In this document: positions 9,301-18,870 of the stretch, piece after piece | Layout of the letters: every line of letters starts with the position of its first letter | How positions within the stretch are numbered: position 1 is the stretch's first letter | NCBI GenBank assembly: GCA_027035825.1 | Contig: JALVTX010000144.1 | Span: 1-35,263 of the forward strand | Length of the DNA stretch: 35,263 bases | DNA from: Mariprofundaceae bacterium | GTDB taxonomy: Bacteria > Pseudomonadota > Zetaproteobacteria > Mariprofundales > Mariprofundaceae | Direction: 5' to 3' | Position numbers and translations under genes: made by a program | The notes under the pieces: generated by a model | Seen by the model: the letters and a program-made list of their open reading frames with translations, nothing else | Database searches by the model: none | Told to the model about the DNA's origin: nothing

Positions 9301-12300
9301 TGGCGCTGGATGTGCAGAAGGCTCTGGATGCGGCTTTTGGAGCCAATGTGGTGAAGGCTTCCTACAATGGCAGTCGCATTATTCTGGAGGCGGTGAATCC
9401 GGCGAATACGACGAATGCCGCGGGGGTGACCACCAGCGTCAGTCGAGCCATCGAAGTGGGCGCGGCCTTGGGGAATACGGCCTACACGGAAATGGGATTG
9501 CCGCCCGCCACGCTTGCAAGCAATGCGACATTCAATGTGACGGTGACGACGCCTTCAACTGGCGCGAAGGCGAGCAAGGCCATCACGGTCACGTCTGGAA
9601 CTACTGGAACCAACAAAACCATTGCCGATCTGACCGCCGACGTGCAGGCGGCGCTGGACATGGCATTTCATGGCCAGTTGCGCGGTGGGGCCATCGCGCT
9701 GGGGCTCGGCCCGAATCCCTCGCCGGTTGATTTCAACGCGCTGATGGCGCGGGATCAGACCTTCCAGATGCAGGTTCAGGGTGTCGCCAATCCGGTTCAG
9801 GTTACGTTGACGGCTGCTGCTGGTAACGGCGTTTTGTCCACGCTCAGGACAAATCTGCAAACCGCCGTGACGAATGCCGTCAACGCGGCCATTGCGGCCG
9901 GAAATATTCCCGCGGGCACGGTGGTGACGGTAAGCCTGAACGGCGACGTGGTGTCGTTGACGGCCAGGGACGCCGCGGGGAATCCCCTGAACGTGAGCGT
10001 GCTGCAACCGGACGTGGTTGCATCGCATCAGGGCGGGCGCATCGTCCTCAACGCCACGCCGACGACGAAGACGACCAGCACGACGAACGCCAGCGGCGTG
10101 ACCGTCACGAGCACTACCAGCGTGCCCCGCGAGTTGAGCGTGACGGCCTTGCCAACGGATTCCGCCTATGCGGTGCTGGGGCTGTTGAATTATCCCACGC
10201 CGGCCAATGGCCAGCTTTCCGGCGACGCCGAGTTCAATATCAAGATCAATGGCGTGAACCATGCGGTGATCGTGACGGCGGCGAACACGAATGGGGCAGC
10301 TCCCGGAACGACGGCCAACGTCTCCATCGCGGATTTGGTGGCCGATGTCAACGCGGCGCTCGCGAACGCCGGCATCGGCGGCCAGGTCAGGGCGGTTCAG
10401 GTGAAGGATTCCGGCGGCAATCTCACCAATGCCTTGGGTTTTGAGTCCATCGCGGGGGCGGGCGTCAACAGTCTGGTGATCTCCGTGCCGAAATACCTGA
10501 GCGGCAGCGGCGTCACCGCCGGGGCCAGCAATAACGCGGCCGTGAACGAGCTTGGCTATGATCCGAATGCGGACATTGTGCAGAAAGGCCGCGCCACCGA
10601 CTTCTTCGTGGACAAGGCGGCGCTTTCCGGAACCGTGACATTCGACATGAGCAAGATTTCCGGTTCGGCACACTTCGGATTCCTTGGCGTGGACATGGCC
10701 AGTTCCGCGGGCGATGCCATCAGCGGAACGGCAAGCCTGAATCTGGTGAACCCGACGGCCCTGGGCGGCGGAAGGCGCGTGTTACTGTCCACGCTGGTCA
10801 GCCATCTCAAGAGCGGGACGATTCGCGACGTGGTGACGGGCAGCCTCAAGGGCAACGTCAACGTGAATTTGGTGCTGACGCCGCAGGCCGGCTTTTTCAC
10901 GGGCGCTGTTCCCCAAGCCCGGTTCAGCATCGGCCTGTCCAGTTTCGACTGGCTGAACAACAGGGTCATCAACACGGGAACGCCGACGGCGGGTCAGCTG
11001 AAGGTGAATACGAACCTGAGCATGATTTCCGGCCAGCTCAGCGATTTCACCAATTTCAGGCACATGGGATTCGCCGACATCATCGCGGCGCTGAATCAGG
11101 CGGTGAATTATCTGCACCAGACCGAGGGCACCACGGCGGGAGGCGGCTCGGCAGGGTCGGCCCTGGTGGGGCTGCTGGACAAGAAGATTCCCGTGATCGA
11201 CCAGAGCGCGACCGACCTTATCGGGTTGGCGGACAGGTTCGCGCGGGTCGTGACCCAGCTTCAGAATCAGCAGGCCGATTCGATTCAGGCGGCGGATCGG
11301 TTCATCAAGCAGGCATTGGGCCTGCCGCTGTTCCAGGCGGGAACGACCACGCCGACCGCGCCCGTGATTCGCTTTGACACGTCGATTATCGGCACGCAGA
11401 CGCTTCGTCTGGATTTGCCGTTCACGGTGTCCCTGAACAAGCATGTGCCGCTCGTTCTCGACCTGGCGCAGCTTGGCAGCCTGGCGGGCGTGACGTTTCC
11501 TTTGAAAATGAAGAAGTTCGTCGGCGTCAGTTCCACCGGCGATCTGAACCTGAGCGCCACGGCCACGTTGAATCTGGCTCTTGGCATGGAGATTGTCGGC
11601 ACGGGCGCCAGCGTGACATTCACGCCATTCCTCTACACCGGCGCGGGCAATACGAAACTGGACTTCACGGTGGCGGCCACCGGGACGAATCTCAATTTTA
11701 CCGCCCAGGCGGGGCCGTTCGGCATTCATGTCATCAATGGCTCGGCCAGCGCCAGCGAGGGCATTTCGTTCACCATGAAGGATGCGACCGGAACCGGACG
11801 GCATCTGTTCTCGGCCGGATTCTCCGCGGCTGACTTCAATGTCGGCGCGCCCACGGGCGCGGCCAGCGCCTCATTGCCCACTTTCTTCCCCAGCGCGTCC
11901 ACGCCCATTGGCGGCGCGGGCAACAATCTGTTCACCCTTGACGTGAAGTCGGTGAATGGATTGTTTGACCAGGTGTCGTTCCCGAAGGTGCCTTCCTTCG
12001 GCGGCCTGGTTGCGCTTACGCCGTTGGGCATGTTGAGTAATCCGGCAATCCTGATTGACGGTCTGGATATGCTGCTGCTCACCCTTCAGGATGCGCTCAA
12101 TTCGCAGGTGTTGAATGCCAGTTTGCCGTTTGTCGGCCAGGCATTGGAGCCGGCGTCGCAGTTTATTTCCGGCTTCCGCACCGATGTGTTGGCGCCGCTC
12201 AGCCTGAATCTCCGCGCCGCGGGCGGCTCGGCCGACCAGATCGTCGCCAACACATTGTTCAATGTGTTCGGTTCCGCGGCTGATGGCGCGGTCAAGCAGT

Positions 12301-15300
12301 TCGGCCTTGGTCAGCTTGGTTATCTCCAAGATATCAACGGTGATGGGGTGGTGAACCGGAATGATATCCAGACCAGCGGGTTCGGCCTGACGGATACATT
12401 CGGGCAGTTTGATTTCGTGATTGGCGACACCTATTGGGTGAAGGCGCCGACAGGGTTTGACCTTGGCGTTCCCGGGTTCAATCTCAGCATCGACGCCAAT
12501 GTGCTTCTTTCCATTGACTGGAGCATCCGCTTCAGCTTCGGCGTGGACCAGAACAAGGGGTTCTACTTCTACACCTCGAACAACAAGCCGGTGGTGCAGT
12601 TCAACAACATCAAGGGCGGCAATGAACTGCTGCCGGGGGGCACGCCGTTCGCCCAGCCCAATGAAATCAACATTACGGCGACGGCGCAACTGGTGTCCCG
12701 CAATTACACTGGGCCATCCAGCGGCACGGGCCCGTTGCCGGTCAGCGCCACGCCGGCCAGCGCCACAGGCACGCTTGGATTCCTGAAGCTGAAGTTGACG
12801 GATGGAGCGGGAACGGCCAAGAAGATTGCCAATGAAACCACGGCCAGCAACAAGACCCGCGTGGTGGCCGGGTTCTCCGTGGATGTGAAGGATCCGAACA
12901 ACGATGGATTCCTGACGTTTGCAGAAATGACGGCGCCATCCACGTCGTTTTCCAGCCTCCTGTCCACCACGAAGTCTGGCGGTGCGTTCCTCGGCCTGAA
13001 AACCAGGGTGGATTTCAGCGGCCTGAACATCAACCCGATTCCAGGCGTCAGCTTGGCCTCGCTATTGCCGAGCATGAGCTTTGATTTCGCCGGGCAATGG
13101 GATTTCTCCAGGAATTTCCAGATCAAGAAACCGACCGCGTTGGGTGGCGCTCTGGTTTCCCTCCAGTTCCAGAATATCCAGATGGATGCGGGTTCGCTCA
13201 TCAAGGGCTTCATCGGCCCATTCCTGGATCAGATCAAGGTTACCATCGGCCCGCTGGACTGGCTGCTAGGGCCGACGGGCATGCTGAACATGCGAATCCC
13301 GATGATTTCCGACCTGATGGGGCGGAGCATCAACCTGAATACGCTGGCCTCATGGTTTGGCACGGCCAAGTTTCAGGCCTTGCTGGATACCATTCAGAAC
13401 ATTTACAACCTCATCAGCATGGCGGCGAAGCTGCCATCCGCCGGGCTGGGAAACATCGGGTTCGGCAGTATTGATTTTTCCGGAATTGATTTCACGAATG
13501 TGAAGAACTTGAGTTTGCTGATTCCCAGCATGACCAATCCTCTGGTGGCGAACGAAACCACGATGAATTCACAAGCCAGAGGCTTTGTGGCTTCCGCAAG
13601 AGGCGGTGGCATCACGCTGGATATTCTGAAAGCAAGCAATGTGTTCCAGTTGTTGCTGGGCAAGCAGGACGTGAATCTGATTACGTTCAATCTGCCGAAG
13701 GCATCGCTGGCCTTTAACTATCTCCAACGTTTCCCGATATTCCCGCCTCTGTTTGCCACGCTGCAAGGCGGCTTCTCGGCCTCGGCCGATCTGGCCATAG
13801 GTTATGATACGCGCGGTCTGGCACAGTTTGGCGTTTCCCATAATCCGAACGCGCTCATCAATGGCTTCTTCTTCCACGATCTGAATCTGACCACCGGCGT
13901 GGATCAGCCCGAGGCAGTGTTGAACGGTTCTATTGCCGCCGGAGCGCAGATTTATGGAGGCATCGTTTCAGCTGGCGTGGCGGGTGGCATCAACGCGCAC
14001 GTGAATTTCAACTTCAATGATCCCAACCGCGATGGCAAGGTGCGCTTGGGCGAGATGGCGGCCAACATGCAGGCCAATGGCAATAATCCGCTGGCGATTT
14101 TCGATATCAGCGGCGCCGTGGACTGGTTCTTCCGGGCCTACGCGAAGGTGGGGGTCACCGTCTTTGGAAAATTCATCGGTTGGCAGAAATCATGGAATCT
14201 CGGTGGCGGCACGATCTTCAATTTCAATATCGGCTTTGCCCGGCCCGGCGTGGCGGCGCAAAAGGTGGGCTCTGAATTATGGGTAAATGTCGGCCCGAAC
14301 GCGGCCGACCGCATTCAGGGCAATGTGTCCGATATCAACGAGCATGTAAAAGTGAGCCTAGGAACCGGCCTTCATGCCGGGCAATACCATGTGCAGGTGC
14401 TCAATCGCGATACTGGCGCCATGTTGGCGGACAGCTATTTGTCCACTGCTGGCGTCAATAAGCTGGTGATTGACGGCGGCGCGGGCAATGACTGGATTGA
14501 AGTGAATGGCATTACCAAGCCGATCGAAGTGCATGGCGGCACGGGCGACGACACCATTACCATTACCGGCGCGACGGTTGGATTGAATGCCACGACGAAC
14601 AAGCCGCAAATCAATGTGTTTGGCGATGATGGAAATGACACGATTAATCTTGCCGGCAGTTCGGGGGCGGCGCTGATTCGCGGCGGCAAGGGGAACGATA
14701 CGATTACAGGCGGCTCCGGCGCGGATCAGCTCTATGGCGAGGGAGGCAATGACACGCTGAATGGCGGCGCGGGCAACGATCAGCTGACCGGCGGCTTGGG
14801 CAATGACAGGCTGGCTGGTGGCTCGGGGAACGATACGTATTTCTTCGCCAACAACTTTGGCAAGGATGTCGTGAATGATGCGGGGGGAACGGGCGATACC
14901 TGGGACTTCTCCAAGGTGACCACGGACATCAATTTCACGCTGAATGCATCGGGAACGAAGGCGGAGGTAACGACCAGTAAGGGCACCGTGACCGACAGCG
15001 TGACCGAGCAGATGAATTTGCTGGCCGTGGAGAATCTTCTGGGCAGCAGGGGCGCGGATACCTTCGATGTGTTTAATGTGGGCGCGAACAACCTGACGCT
15101 GAATGGCCAGGGCGGATCGGACACCTATATCATGAATGCGCCGTTAACTACGGCGGGCGGGCAGGTCGTCCTGAATGACACCGGCAACCTTTGGGACAGG
15201 GATGCGCTGGTGACCAAGGGAACGGCGAGTGGAGACGCATTCACGGTGACCGATCAGTCCATCACGATTGGGGTTGGGCTTAATGCAAGCTCAGTGAATT

Positions 15301-18300
15301 TCGGCACGGGCGGCGGCATCGAAACGATGGAAGTGCTCGGGTTTGGCGGCAACGATACCTTCAATGTCCTGGCCACGCCGAAAAGCATGAGCGTGACGCT
15401 GGATGGCGATGCGGGTGCGGATGTATTCAACATCGGGACTTCAAATGCCGGGTTTGTGCTGAATGGTGGTGCGGGCGCCACGGTGTTTGGTCTCAACGGC
15501 ATCCAGGGTAATCCGCAGCTTACAGGCAACCTTTTCATCAAGGGCGGTAGCGCCGCCGCGGGCACGCCCGTGGAGACCGATGTTCTGAACGTCTCCGATG
15601 CATTCGATGCGACCGCCAACACGGGCGCCATGACCGACAGCCTGATCACGGGCCTTGGCATGCAGGTCGGGATTGATTATGCGACTATTGAAACATTGAA
15701 CATTTTGCTGGGCTCCGCTGCAGATACCTTCACCGTGCAGAATACGATGGGCGGAACCACGAATGTGTTCGGAAACAATGGATCCGACATTCTGGATGTC
15801 CGGAACGCGGCGGGAGTGTTCATGGCGGACGGCGGCGCTGGCGCCGATGTAATTACCCTGCATTCCACCGCCTTGGCGACGAACGCGACATTGCTGGGGA
15901 AGGCCGGCAACGATCAATTGAACGTGCTGGCCGCCGCCGGGCCGACGGCGATTGGCGGCGGGACTGGCAATGATGTTGTGACGCTTGGCAGCAAGGCGCC
16001 GCTGGCGACGGGTGGAGTGGTTGACAACATATCGGGCCTGGTGACGGTGAGCGGCGACGCGGGCCAGGATGTTCTGAACGTGGACGACAGCGGCGATGCC
16101 AAGGGCAACGCGGGAGTTCTGACGGGGACGAGCCTGACGGGCTTCGGGATGGCGAAGGGCGTGCGGTATGGCACGGTGGAGACGCTGAATCTGAACCTTG
16201 GCGGCGCTGCGGACATGCTCACCGTGCAGAGCACGATGGGTGGTTCGACGAACGTATATGGCAATGGCGGATCGGATGTGATTGACATACGCAGCGCTTC
16301 GGGCGTGTTTGTGTCGGATGGCGGAGCTGGCGCTGATGTGATGACGCTTCATTCGTCGGTTTTGGGTTCGACGGTGACGATGCTCGGTCGGGGGGGGGCG
16401 GATCAGTTGAATGTTCTGGCCGCGTCTGGCGCGACGATCATGGACGGCGGCGCGGGCAATGATGTTGTGACGCTTGGGAGCTTGGCTCCGCAGACGCAGG
16501 GCGGGGTTGTTGACAACATTTTGGGCCTGGTGACGGTGATTGGCGGAGCCGGTCAGGATGTTTTGAACGTGGATGACAGCGGCGATGCCAAGGGCAACAC
16601 GGGTGTTTTGACGGGAACGAGCCTGACGGGTCTCGGGATGGCGAAGGGTGTGCAGTATGGCACGGTGGAGACGCTGAATCTGAACCTTGGCGGCGCTGCG
16701 GGGGCGGTGAGCCAGCTGGATATTCGTGGCACGAGCGCGTTGACGAATGTGGTTGGGGGCTTGGGCGGCACGACGTTCAATGTCAGCTCGGATGCTCCGA
16801 TGAACGCGGGCATTCTTGATGGCATTCAGGGTGTTTTGAACATTACGTCCAATGGCGCGGATACGTTGAACATCAGCGATCTGGGTCGTGTGTTGCCGGA
16901 CACGGTGACGATATCCAGTCAGACGGTGACGGGTCTTTCGCATGCGGCCATCAACTATTTTGAGGGCTTGGGCCGCTTTTCTGGCGGGATTAACATCAAT
17001 ACGGGTCAGGGCGCTGATGCGGTGACGGTTCTGAGCACGTTGGCGGGTGACGTCACATCCCTGTGGACGAATGGCGGATCGGATGTGATTGACATACGCA
17101 GCGCTTCGGGCGTGTTTGTGTCGGACGGCGGCGCGGGCAATGATGTTGTGACGCTTGGGAGCTTGGCTCCGCAGACGCAGGGCGGGGTTGTTGACAACAT
17201 TTTGGGCCTGGTGACGGTGATTGGCGGAGCCGGTCAGGATGTTTTGAACGTGGATGACAGCGGCGATGCCAAGGGCAACACGGGTGTTTTGACGGGAACG
17301 AGCCTGACGGGTCTCGGGATGGCGAAGGGTGTGCAGTATGGCACGGTGGAGACGCTGAATCTGAACCTTGGCGGCGCTGCGGGGGCGGTGAGCCAGCTGG
17401 ATATTCGTGGCACGAGCGCGTTGACGAATGTGGTTGGGGGCTTGGGCGGCACGACGTTCAATGTCAGCTCGGATGCTCCGATGAACGCGGGCATTCTTGA
17501 TGGCATTCAGGGTGTTTTGAACATTACGTCCAATGGCGCGGATACGTTGAACATCAGCGATCTGGGTCGTGTGTTGCCGGACACGGTGACGATATCCAGT
17601 CAGACGGTGACGGGTCTTTCGCATGCGGCCATCAACTATTTTGAGGGCTTGGGCCGCTTTTCTGGCGGGATTAACATCAATACGGGTCAGGGCGCTGATG
17701 CGGTGACGGTTCTGAGCACGTTGGCGGGTGACGTCACATCCCTGTGGACGAATGGCGGCAATGACGTGGTGACCGCATCCAGCACAGCCGCCAATGGGCT
17801 TCTCATCGTTTTCGGAGGCGAGGGAAGCGATACGGTGAATGCCTCCTCGTGGAACCGGGGGATGGTGGCTTTTGGCGATTACGGCATGGTGCAGTACGCG
17901 GGCTCTGTTCGTAGGCCGGATAGCATTGTTGCCGCCAGTTCGCTCAATCCGGGTTCGGGCGGCAATGACGTCTTGTCCGGGGGAAGCGGCAACGATGTTC
18001 TGATTGGGGGCTTTGGGAACGAGGTATTGTCCAGCGGACGGGGGAATGATGTTCTGATTGGCGATTCCGGCGAGGTGTTGTTTGTCAATGGACGCTTCTC
18101 TCAGGCATCCACTACCGATTTTTTGGTTGGCGGGGCGGATACGCTAATCAGCGGAGCCGGCAACGATGTGCTGCTCGGCGGCTTCGGGAAGGATGTGTTC
18201 ATCGGCAATCTTTCGCGGGACGTGATGATTGGCGACAATGGGCGCATCACGATGCACAATGGCAAGGTGACGACCGTGGTGACGTTCGCCCAGGCGCCGC

Positions 18301-18830
18301 AGGATGTGATTGCATCAACCCTGTTCCACCTCTATGACAGCCCGTATGCTGATGTCGCGGTTACATTGCCGCGCGCGCCTCTTGACCTGATCCTGGGGGC
18401 GAGGCAAGAAGCGCCGGGCGCTCAGAGCGCAACGCCGGCGAGCGACAGGCGGGACATGGTTGGCGAAAGCAGTTATCTCGGCATGGGCGGAGACTCGTTC
18501 ATCAAGCGGGAACCAACCGCCGGCAAAGCGGCGGATCGGGGATTGGAGGTGGAAAAGTTCGCCATGATGGCTCAATCTGCGCATGGCGGGGGGCGGATGC
18601 TCGCGGCAAACCCGCATGCGTCCGGAGCGAGCGAAACAGTTTCGGCGCCACATGTTCGGCAGGCCGAGGGCGATGCCGCCGGTCATGCGTGGCCGGGCAT
18701 GTTGCTGGCCGCATGCGCTGGCTGGAAGACTGTCCGACGGGGGCGTGCGCGAAACCGGACTGTTCGGGTGAATTTCGCGGGCGGAAAGAAGGCCGGCAGA
18801 CCCTCGGCGAGAGTGAACTGGGGCTCTTGA
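6348..18830 (+). CDS. Giant (4160 aa) secreted RTX/Ca-binding protein with LEPRxLL-type leader and DUF4347-like domain; probable adhesin or surface protein
   Basis: Arg-rich N-terminus with FEPLEERLLLSAD. DUF4347-like IVFVD...ILSHG...LLYGCNVA...DVAASDDVTG...GDWNLE. G/T/N/A-rich beta-type body, GGxGxD nonapeptide clusters (~14470-14840, ~17960-18230) and internal tandem modules. Confidence 0.9.
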   Translation: MRSSVFARVVEAVRRRSRRGLAGRHVRLVFEPLEERLLLSADFAPPPPDAQGLRAAQWAASVDAALGAGHRDAAVATMAPMHEALTKVRESREIVFVDPSVRDYQSLLSGLRHDDNGARTLEVVVLDAGADGVDQVSRVLAGARGLSAIHILSHGASGAVKLGDSALSSASLDAYAQAVRGWGEALKPGGDILLYGCNVASGQSGIAFVNRLAHLSGADVAASDDVTGGRGYGDWNLEYATGRIDAAQAFSAAAEAGYANALGYAVNPPAGTAVAANQQDVFKFDANGLLTAAGAPIAGPIDGLGGAPGAPDVLDFSAYAGNLTFTIQGVPAGGAGPASVIIADAAGNTLTANNFGKIIGGLGNDTYVFNSGWGNIVIQDAAGANKADFAAVASQLTSTVGAGTFTLADAAAPANTATLDSGFGLNLDLTAYKTQINSYLAQLQSFGSTLDTFGQFANVLPGINQSLGTVLNAADMLKRFQNDVSNYLAAPGTPSGKPTSDGLAALLNGLAVNATPNGQGTISGGYGPVASTVKVAPGGVELGFNLDFNVTRTANWAVDLGSNAALQGIKLPTVNVSVGATFDLNAMLGIQLKATPAVFLDVNNLSGSASVNATLNGFTVDFGFLTATANAGAFNLSAALQAVFNDPAGDGVNRLSLTELTNAATAPSSLIASFNARGVTVTGAADAAGTSPSFSFTLPVTVTGVTGVTGGTIIATQASVFSGNDPSVSVTNGLTDFGNIGAADMLGMLRQLDGWLAQLSGTSILNQKVPMTQNITLGDVLNFGVAFKTDVVDKLIKRDAQGNPILDAQGNQQLTFSSAQTLASRLGSLLGATVTANVIAATATTPRELRYRLNWSHAFVNSSVPANFQLDLGSLAGIQSTSSIPITANATLGFDFGIALNPSRTLTIAPPNFVPNANVVPANGQLSASATFNVTLFETTTKTDANGVVTSTTHAMPLVKTVTVNAADTNGTTAGTTANASPQDLALDVQKALDAAFGANVVKASYNGSRIILEAVNPANTTNAAGVTTSVSRAIEVGAALGNTAYTEMGLPPATLASNATFNVTVTTPSTGAKASKAITVTSGTTGTNKTIADLTADVQAALDMAFHGQLRGGAIALGLGPNPSPVDFNALMARDQTFQMQVQGVANPVQVTLTAAAGNGVLSTLRTNLQTAVTNAVNAAIAAGNIPAGTVVTVSLNGDVVSLTARDAAGNPLNVSVLQPDVVASHQGGRIVLNATPTTKTTSTTNASGVTVTSTTSVPRELSVTALPTDSAYAVLGLLNYPTPANGQLSGDAEFNIKINGVNHAVIVTAANTNGAAPGTTANVSIADLVADVNAALANAGIGGQVRAVQVKDSGGNLTNALGFESIAGAGVNSLVISVPKYLSGSGVTAGASNNAAVNELGYDPNADIVQKGRATDFFVDKAALSGTVTFDMSKISGSAHFGFLGVDMASSAGDAISGTASLNLVNPTALGGGRRVLLSTLVSHLKSGTIRDVVTGSLKGNVNVNLVLTPQAGFFTGAVPQARFSIGLSSFDWLNNRVINTGTPTAGQLKVNTNLSMISGQLSDFTNFRHMGFADIIAALNQAVNYLHQTEGTTAGGGSAGSALVGLLDKKIPVIDQSATDLIGLADRFARVVTQLQNQQADSIQAADRFIKQALGLPLFQAGTTTPTAPVIRFDTSIIGTQTLRLDLPFTVSLNKHVPLVLDLAQLGSLAGVTFPLKMKKFVGVSSTGDLNLSATATLNLALGMEIVGTGASVTFTPFLYTGAGNTKLDFTVAATGTNLNFTAQAGPFGIHVINGSASASEGISFTMKDATGTGRHLFSAGFSAADFNVGAPTGAASASLPTFFPSASTPIGGAGNNLFTLDVKSVNGLFDQVSFPKVPSFGGLVALTPLGMLSNPAILIDGLDMLLLTLQDALNSQVLNASLPFVGQALEPASQFISGFRTDVLAPLSLNLRAAGGSADQIVANTLFNVFGSAADGAVKQFGLGQLGYLQDINGDGVVNRNDIQTSGFGLTDTFGQFDFVIGDTYWVKAPTGFDLGVPGFNLSIDANVLLSIDWSIRFSFGVDQNKGFYFYTSNNKPVVQFNNIKGGNELLPGGTPFAQPNEINITATAQLVSRNYTGPSSGTGPLPVSATPASATGTLGFLKLKLTDGAGTAKKIANETTASNKTRVVAGFSVDVKDPNNDGFLTFAEMTAPSTSFSSLLSTTKSGGAFLGLKTRVDFSGLNINPIPGVSLASLLPSMSFDFAGQWDFSRNFQIKKPTALGGALVSLQFQNIQMDAGSLIKGFIGPFLDQIKVTIGPLDWLLGPTGMLNMRIPMISDLMGRSINLNTLASWFGTAKFQALLDTIQNIYNLISMAAKLPSAGLGNIGFGSIDFSGIDFTNVKNLSLLIPSMTNPLVANETTMNSQARGFVASARGGGITLDILKASNVFQLLLGKQDVNLITFNLPKASLAFNYLQRFPIFPPLFATLQGGFSASADLAIGYDTRGLAQFGVSHNPNALINGFFFHDLNLTTGVDQPEAVLNGSIAAGAQIYGGIVSAGVAGGINAHVNFNFNDPNRDGKVRLGEMAANMQANGNNPLAIFDISGAVDWFFRAYAKVGVTVFGKFIGWQKSWNLGGGTIFNFNIGFARPGVAAQKVGSELWVNVGPNAADRIQGNVSDINEHVKVSLGTGLHAGQYHVQVLNRDTGAMLADSYLSTAGVNKLVIDGGAGNDWIEVNGITKPIEVHGGTGDDTITITGATVGLNATTNKPQINVFGDDGNDTINLAGSSGAALIRGGKGNDTITGGSGADQLYGEGGNDTLNGGAGNDQLTGGLGNDRLAGGSGNDTYFFANNFGKDVVNDAGGTGDTWDFSKVTTDINFTLNASGTKAEVTTSKGTVTDSVTEQMNLLAVENLLGSRGADTFDVFNVGANNLTLNGQGGSDTYIMNAPLTTAGGQVVLNDTGNLWDRDALVTKGTASGDAFTVTDQSITIGVGLNASSVNFGTGGGIETMEVLGFGGNDTFNVLATPKSMSVTLDGDAGADVFNIGTSNAGFVLNGGAGATVFGLNGIQGNPQLTGNLFIKGGSAAAGTPVETDVLNVSDAFDATANTGAMTDSLITGLGMQVGIDYATIETLNILLGSAADTFTVQNTMGGTTNVFGNNGSDILDVRNAAGVFMADGGAGADVITLHSTALATNATLLGKAGNDQLNVLAAAGPTAIGGGTGNDVVTLGSKAPLATGGVVDNISGLVTVSGDAGQDVLNVDDSGDAKGNAGVLTGTSLTGFGMAKGVRYGTVETLNLNLGGAADMLTVQSTMGGSTNVYGNGGSDVIDIRSASGVFVSDGGAGADVMTLHSSVLGSTVTMLGRGGADQLNVLAASGATIMDGGAGNDVVTLGSLAPQTQGGVVDNILGLVTVIGGAGQDVLNVDDSGDAKGNTGVLTGTSLTGLGMAKGVQYGTVETLNLNLGGAAGAVSQLDIRGTSALTNVVGGLGGTTFNVSSDAPMNAGILDGIQGVLNITSNGADTLNISDLGRVLPDTVTISSQTVTGLSHAAINYFEGLGRFSGGININTGQGADAVTVLSTLAGDVTSLWTNGGSDVIDIRSASGVFVSDGGAGNDVVTLGSLAPQTQGGVVDNILGLVTVIGGAGQDVLNVDDSGDAKGNTGVLTGTSLTGLGMAKGVQYGTVETLNLNLGGAAGAVSQLDIRGTSALTNVVGGLGGTTFNVSSDAPMNAGILDGIQGVLNITSNGADTLNISDLGRVLPDTVTISSQTVTGLSHAAINYFEGLGRFSGGININTGQGADAVTVLSTLAGDVTSLWTNGGNDVVTASSTAANGLLIVFGGEGSDTVNASSWNRGMVAFGDYGMVQYAGSVRRPDSIVAASSLNPGSGGNDVLSGGSGNDVLIGGFGNEVLSSGRGNDVLIGDSGEVLFVNGRFSQASTTDFLVGGADTLISGAGNDVLLGGFGKDVFIGNLSRDVMIGDNGRITMHNGKVTTVVTFAQAPQDVIASTLFHLYDSPYADVAVTLPRAPLDLILGARQEAPGAQSATPASDRRDMVGESSYLGMGGDSFIKREPTAGKAADRGLEVEKFAMMAQSAHGGGRMLAANPHASGASETVSAPHVRQAEGDAAGHAWPGMLLAACAGWKTVRRGRARNRTVRVNFAGGKKAGRPSARVNWGS
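15579..16556 (+). repeat. Two diverged 489-bp (163-aa) tandem modules in the giant gene
   Basis: DVLNV[SD]D...ETLN...GGxGxD...GGVVDNIxGLVTV recurs; the GAT of DVLNV falls at 15579, 16068 and 16557 (489-bp period). Confidence 0.85.
16442..17758 (+). repeat. Apparently identical 636-bp direct repeat (16442-17077 and 17123-17758; period 681 bp = 227 aa)
   Basis: No mismatch seen by eye. The ORF track shows identical antisense 90-aa ORFs at 16553-16825 and 17234-17506, offset 681. Confidence 0.93.
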
Positions 18831-18870
18831 GCCCGGTCAATACGCGAAGCGATTAAAAAGGAGATGTGAT

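Noticed and set aside
15441..17624. 727-aa antisense ORF and other long antisense ORFs within the giant gene
   Set aside because: Arg/His/Gln-rich shadow frames arising from codon bias and the tandem duplication, with no domain motifs.
14470..18230. CRISPR-like or DGR-like reading of the repeats
   Set aside because: The repeats are in-frame coding (GGxGxD and long modules) with no constant repeat/unique spacer pattern. The long copies show no adenine-specific mismatches and no reverse transcriptase is present.
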